DNA from: Monocercomonoides exilis PA203
Lineage: Eukaryota > Protista > Preaxostyla
DNA: 64,000 bases
Assembly (NCBI GenBank): GCA_001643675.2
Contig: LSRY02000051.1
Coordinates: 186,001-250,000 of the forward strand
Reading direction: 5' to 3'
The notes under the pieces were generated by a model that was not told where the DNA came from, did no database searches, and saw nothing but the letters and a program-made list of their open reading frames with translations. Below are positions 62,654 through 64,000 of the stretch, in pieces. Each line of letters opens with the position of its first letter. The first letter of the stretch is position 1. The position numbers were made by a program, and so were the translations under genes.

Positions 62654-64000
62654 ATGAGTGTTGAGCCGGTCCAACAAAAGAATCAAGGTTATTTAATTTG
62701 GAATTATTATTTTTTTTAAGATAGTTTATTTTCTAAAAAATTAATACAGACGCTACAATATATGTTGGTGATTTAGACCAAAAAGTCAATGAATCATTAT
62801 TGTTTGAGCTTTTTGTTCAAATAGGACCTGTTTCAAGTGTTTATATGCCTAAAGATAAAATATCTGGGATGCATCAAGGAATAGGCTTTGTAGAATTTAA
62901 AAACGAAGATGATGTTGAATACGCAATACAAGTTATGAATATGATAAAGTTGTATGGACGTCCGATAAAAGTCAGCAGGGTACGCTTTTTTTTTCGTGCA
63001 GAAAATTTTTATTTGAATAAATTTAGACAGCAAAAGATAGAAAAATGTTGGACGTTGGAGCAAACTTGTTTATTGGAAACCTTGATCTTCAAGTTGACGA
63101 AGCTGCACTTTATGAAGCATTTCACACATTTGGAACCATTGTGGGCGCGCCTAAAATTATTCGTGATCCAGAAACAGGTGCTTCGAAGGGTCATGGCTTT
63201 ATTTCATATGATTGCTTTGAAGCTTCTGATCTTGCATTAAGTTCAATGAATGGACAAGTATTCAACATTTAACATTTTTTTCTTTAAAATCATTTTTCTA
63301 ATAACCGCTTTTATGATAGTATCTCGCAAACAAACAAATTACAGTAAGTTATGCGCTGAAAGCTGGAAGCAAAACTGAAAGACATGGAGATGCTGCTGAG
63401 CGTCTTATAGCATCTCAAAACCCACACAAAACCCATATTTTCCATGCTGCACCTTCCGCAATTTATGGAACTGGTACTAATCCCGCACCGCCACCACCTC
63501 CACTTCCTTCACCAATACAAACACCTCAGCAAATTCCTTCAATTCCAGCCCCACCTCTTCCTTCTCCTTCTCCTACCCAATTTGCTCCACCTATACCATC
63601 ACCATCACCTCCTGTTCCTTTTGGATCAATGCCAGCTCCGGTTACCTCTGGTGCTGCTCCTGCCCAATCACCTCCACCTCCGCCTATCCCACAACCACCA
63701 ATGGCGCCTGTTGGCTTTGGGCAGATGCCTGTGATGGGAGGCAGCATGATGGGGATGGGGCCTGGTGGGATGCCGATGGGAATGGGTATGCCGCAAATGG
63801 GAATGCAGCAAGGCTTCTATCCACCCGGATTTGCACCGTCTGCACCGATGGGGTTCGTTCCAGTGCATCCGATGGGCATGGGGATGGGAATGGGAATGGG
63901 GATGGGGATGAATATGGGAATGATGGCACCAGGAATGCCTATGCAGATGATGCCAATGGATATGCAGAGGCAAATCGCGGGCTCTCAGCCCCAACTGCAA
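62654..64000 (+). CDS. SF3B4: Splicing factor 3B subunit 4 (SAP49); runs off the window
   Basis: [66 protein letters not shown], Pro/Met/Gly-rich tail. Three GT-AG introns. Confidence 0.96.

Overview
This is gene-dense, AT-rich eukaryotic DNA with many short (~50-130 nt) spliceosomal introns, the standard genetic code and abundant poly-Ser and microsatellite tracts. Its gene families (giant GG-repeat beta-helix surface proteins, a 'FSELE..EDEQ..KIEEM' hypothetical family) point to an oxymonad such as Monocercomonoides; this is an inference. Recognisable genes are RTEL1, a NEK kinase, SEC24, an OCRL/INPP5B-like 5-phosphatase, a stand-alone LolD/MacB-type ABC ATPase, MND1, RPS9, CFDP1/Swc5, a membrane-anchored 5'-nucleotidase, cyclin B, SF3B4 and a TMEM244/SYS1-family protein. 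Several of these are invisible in the ORF track because of splicing. The main finding is at 50.7-57.0 kb, where a decayed pogo-type transposase carries two nested insertions. The first is a 4,568-bp non-autonomous element (51927-56494) with ~470-bp terminal inverted repeats and a perfect 8-bp target-site duplication (AATTGCCC). It carries a ~2.9-kb fragment of a host surface-protein gene, making it a Pack-type gene-capturing transposon. The second is a 240-bp TA-flanked MITE. The window also holds three apparent pseudoenzymes (papain-like, receptor kinase, SNF2 C-lobe) and a secreted Cys + GGYN-repeat protein. All exon models and alignments were read by eye.
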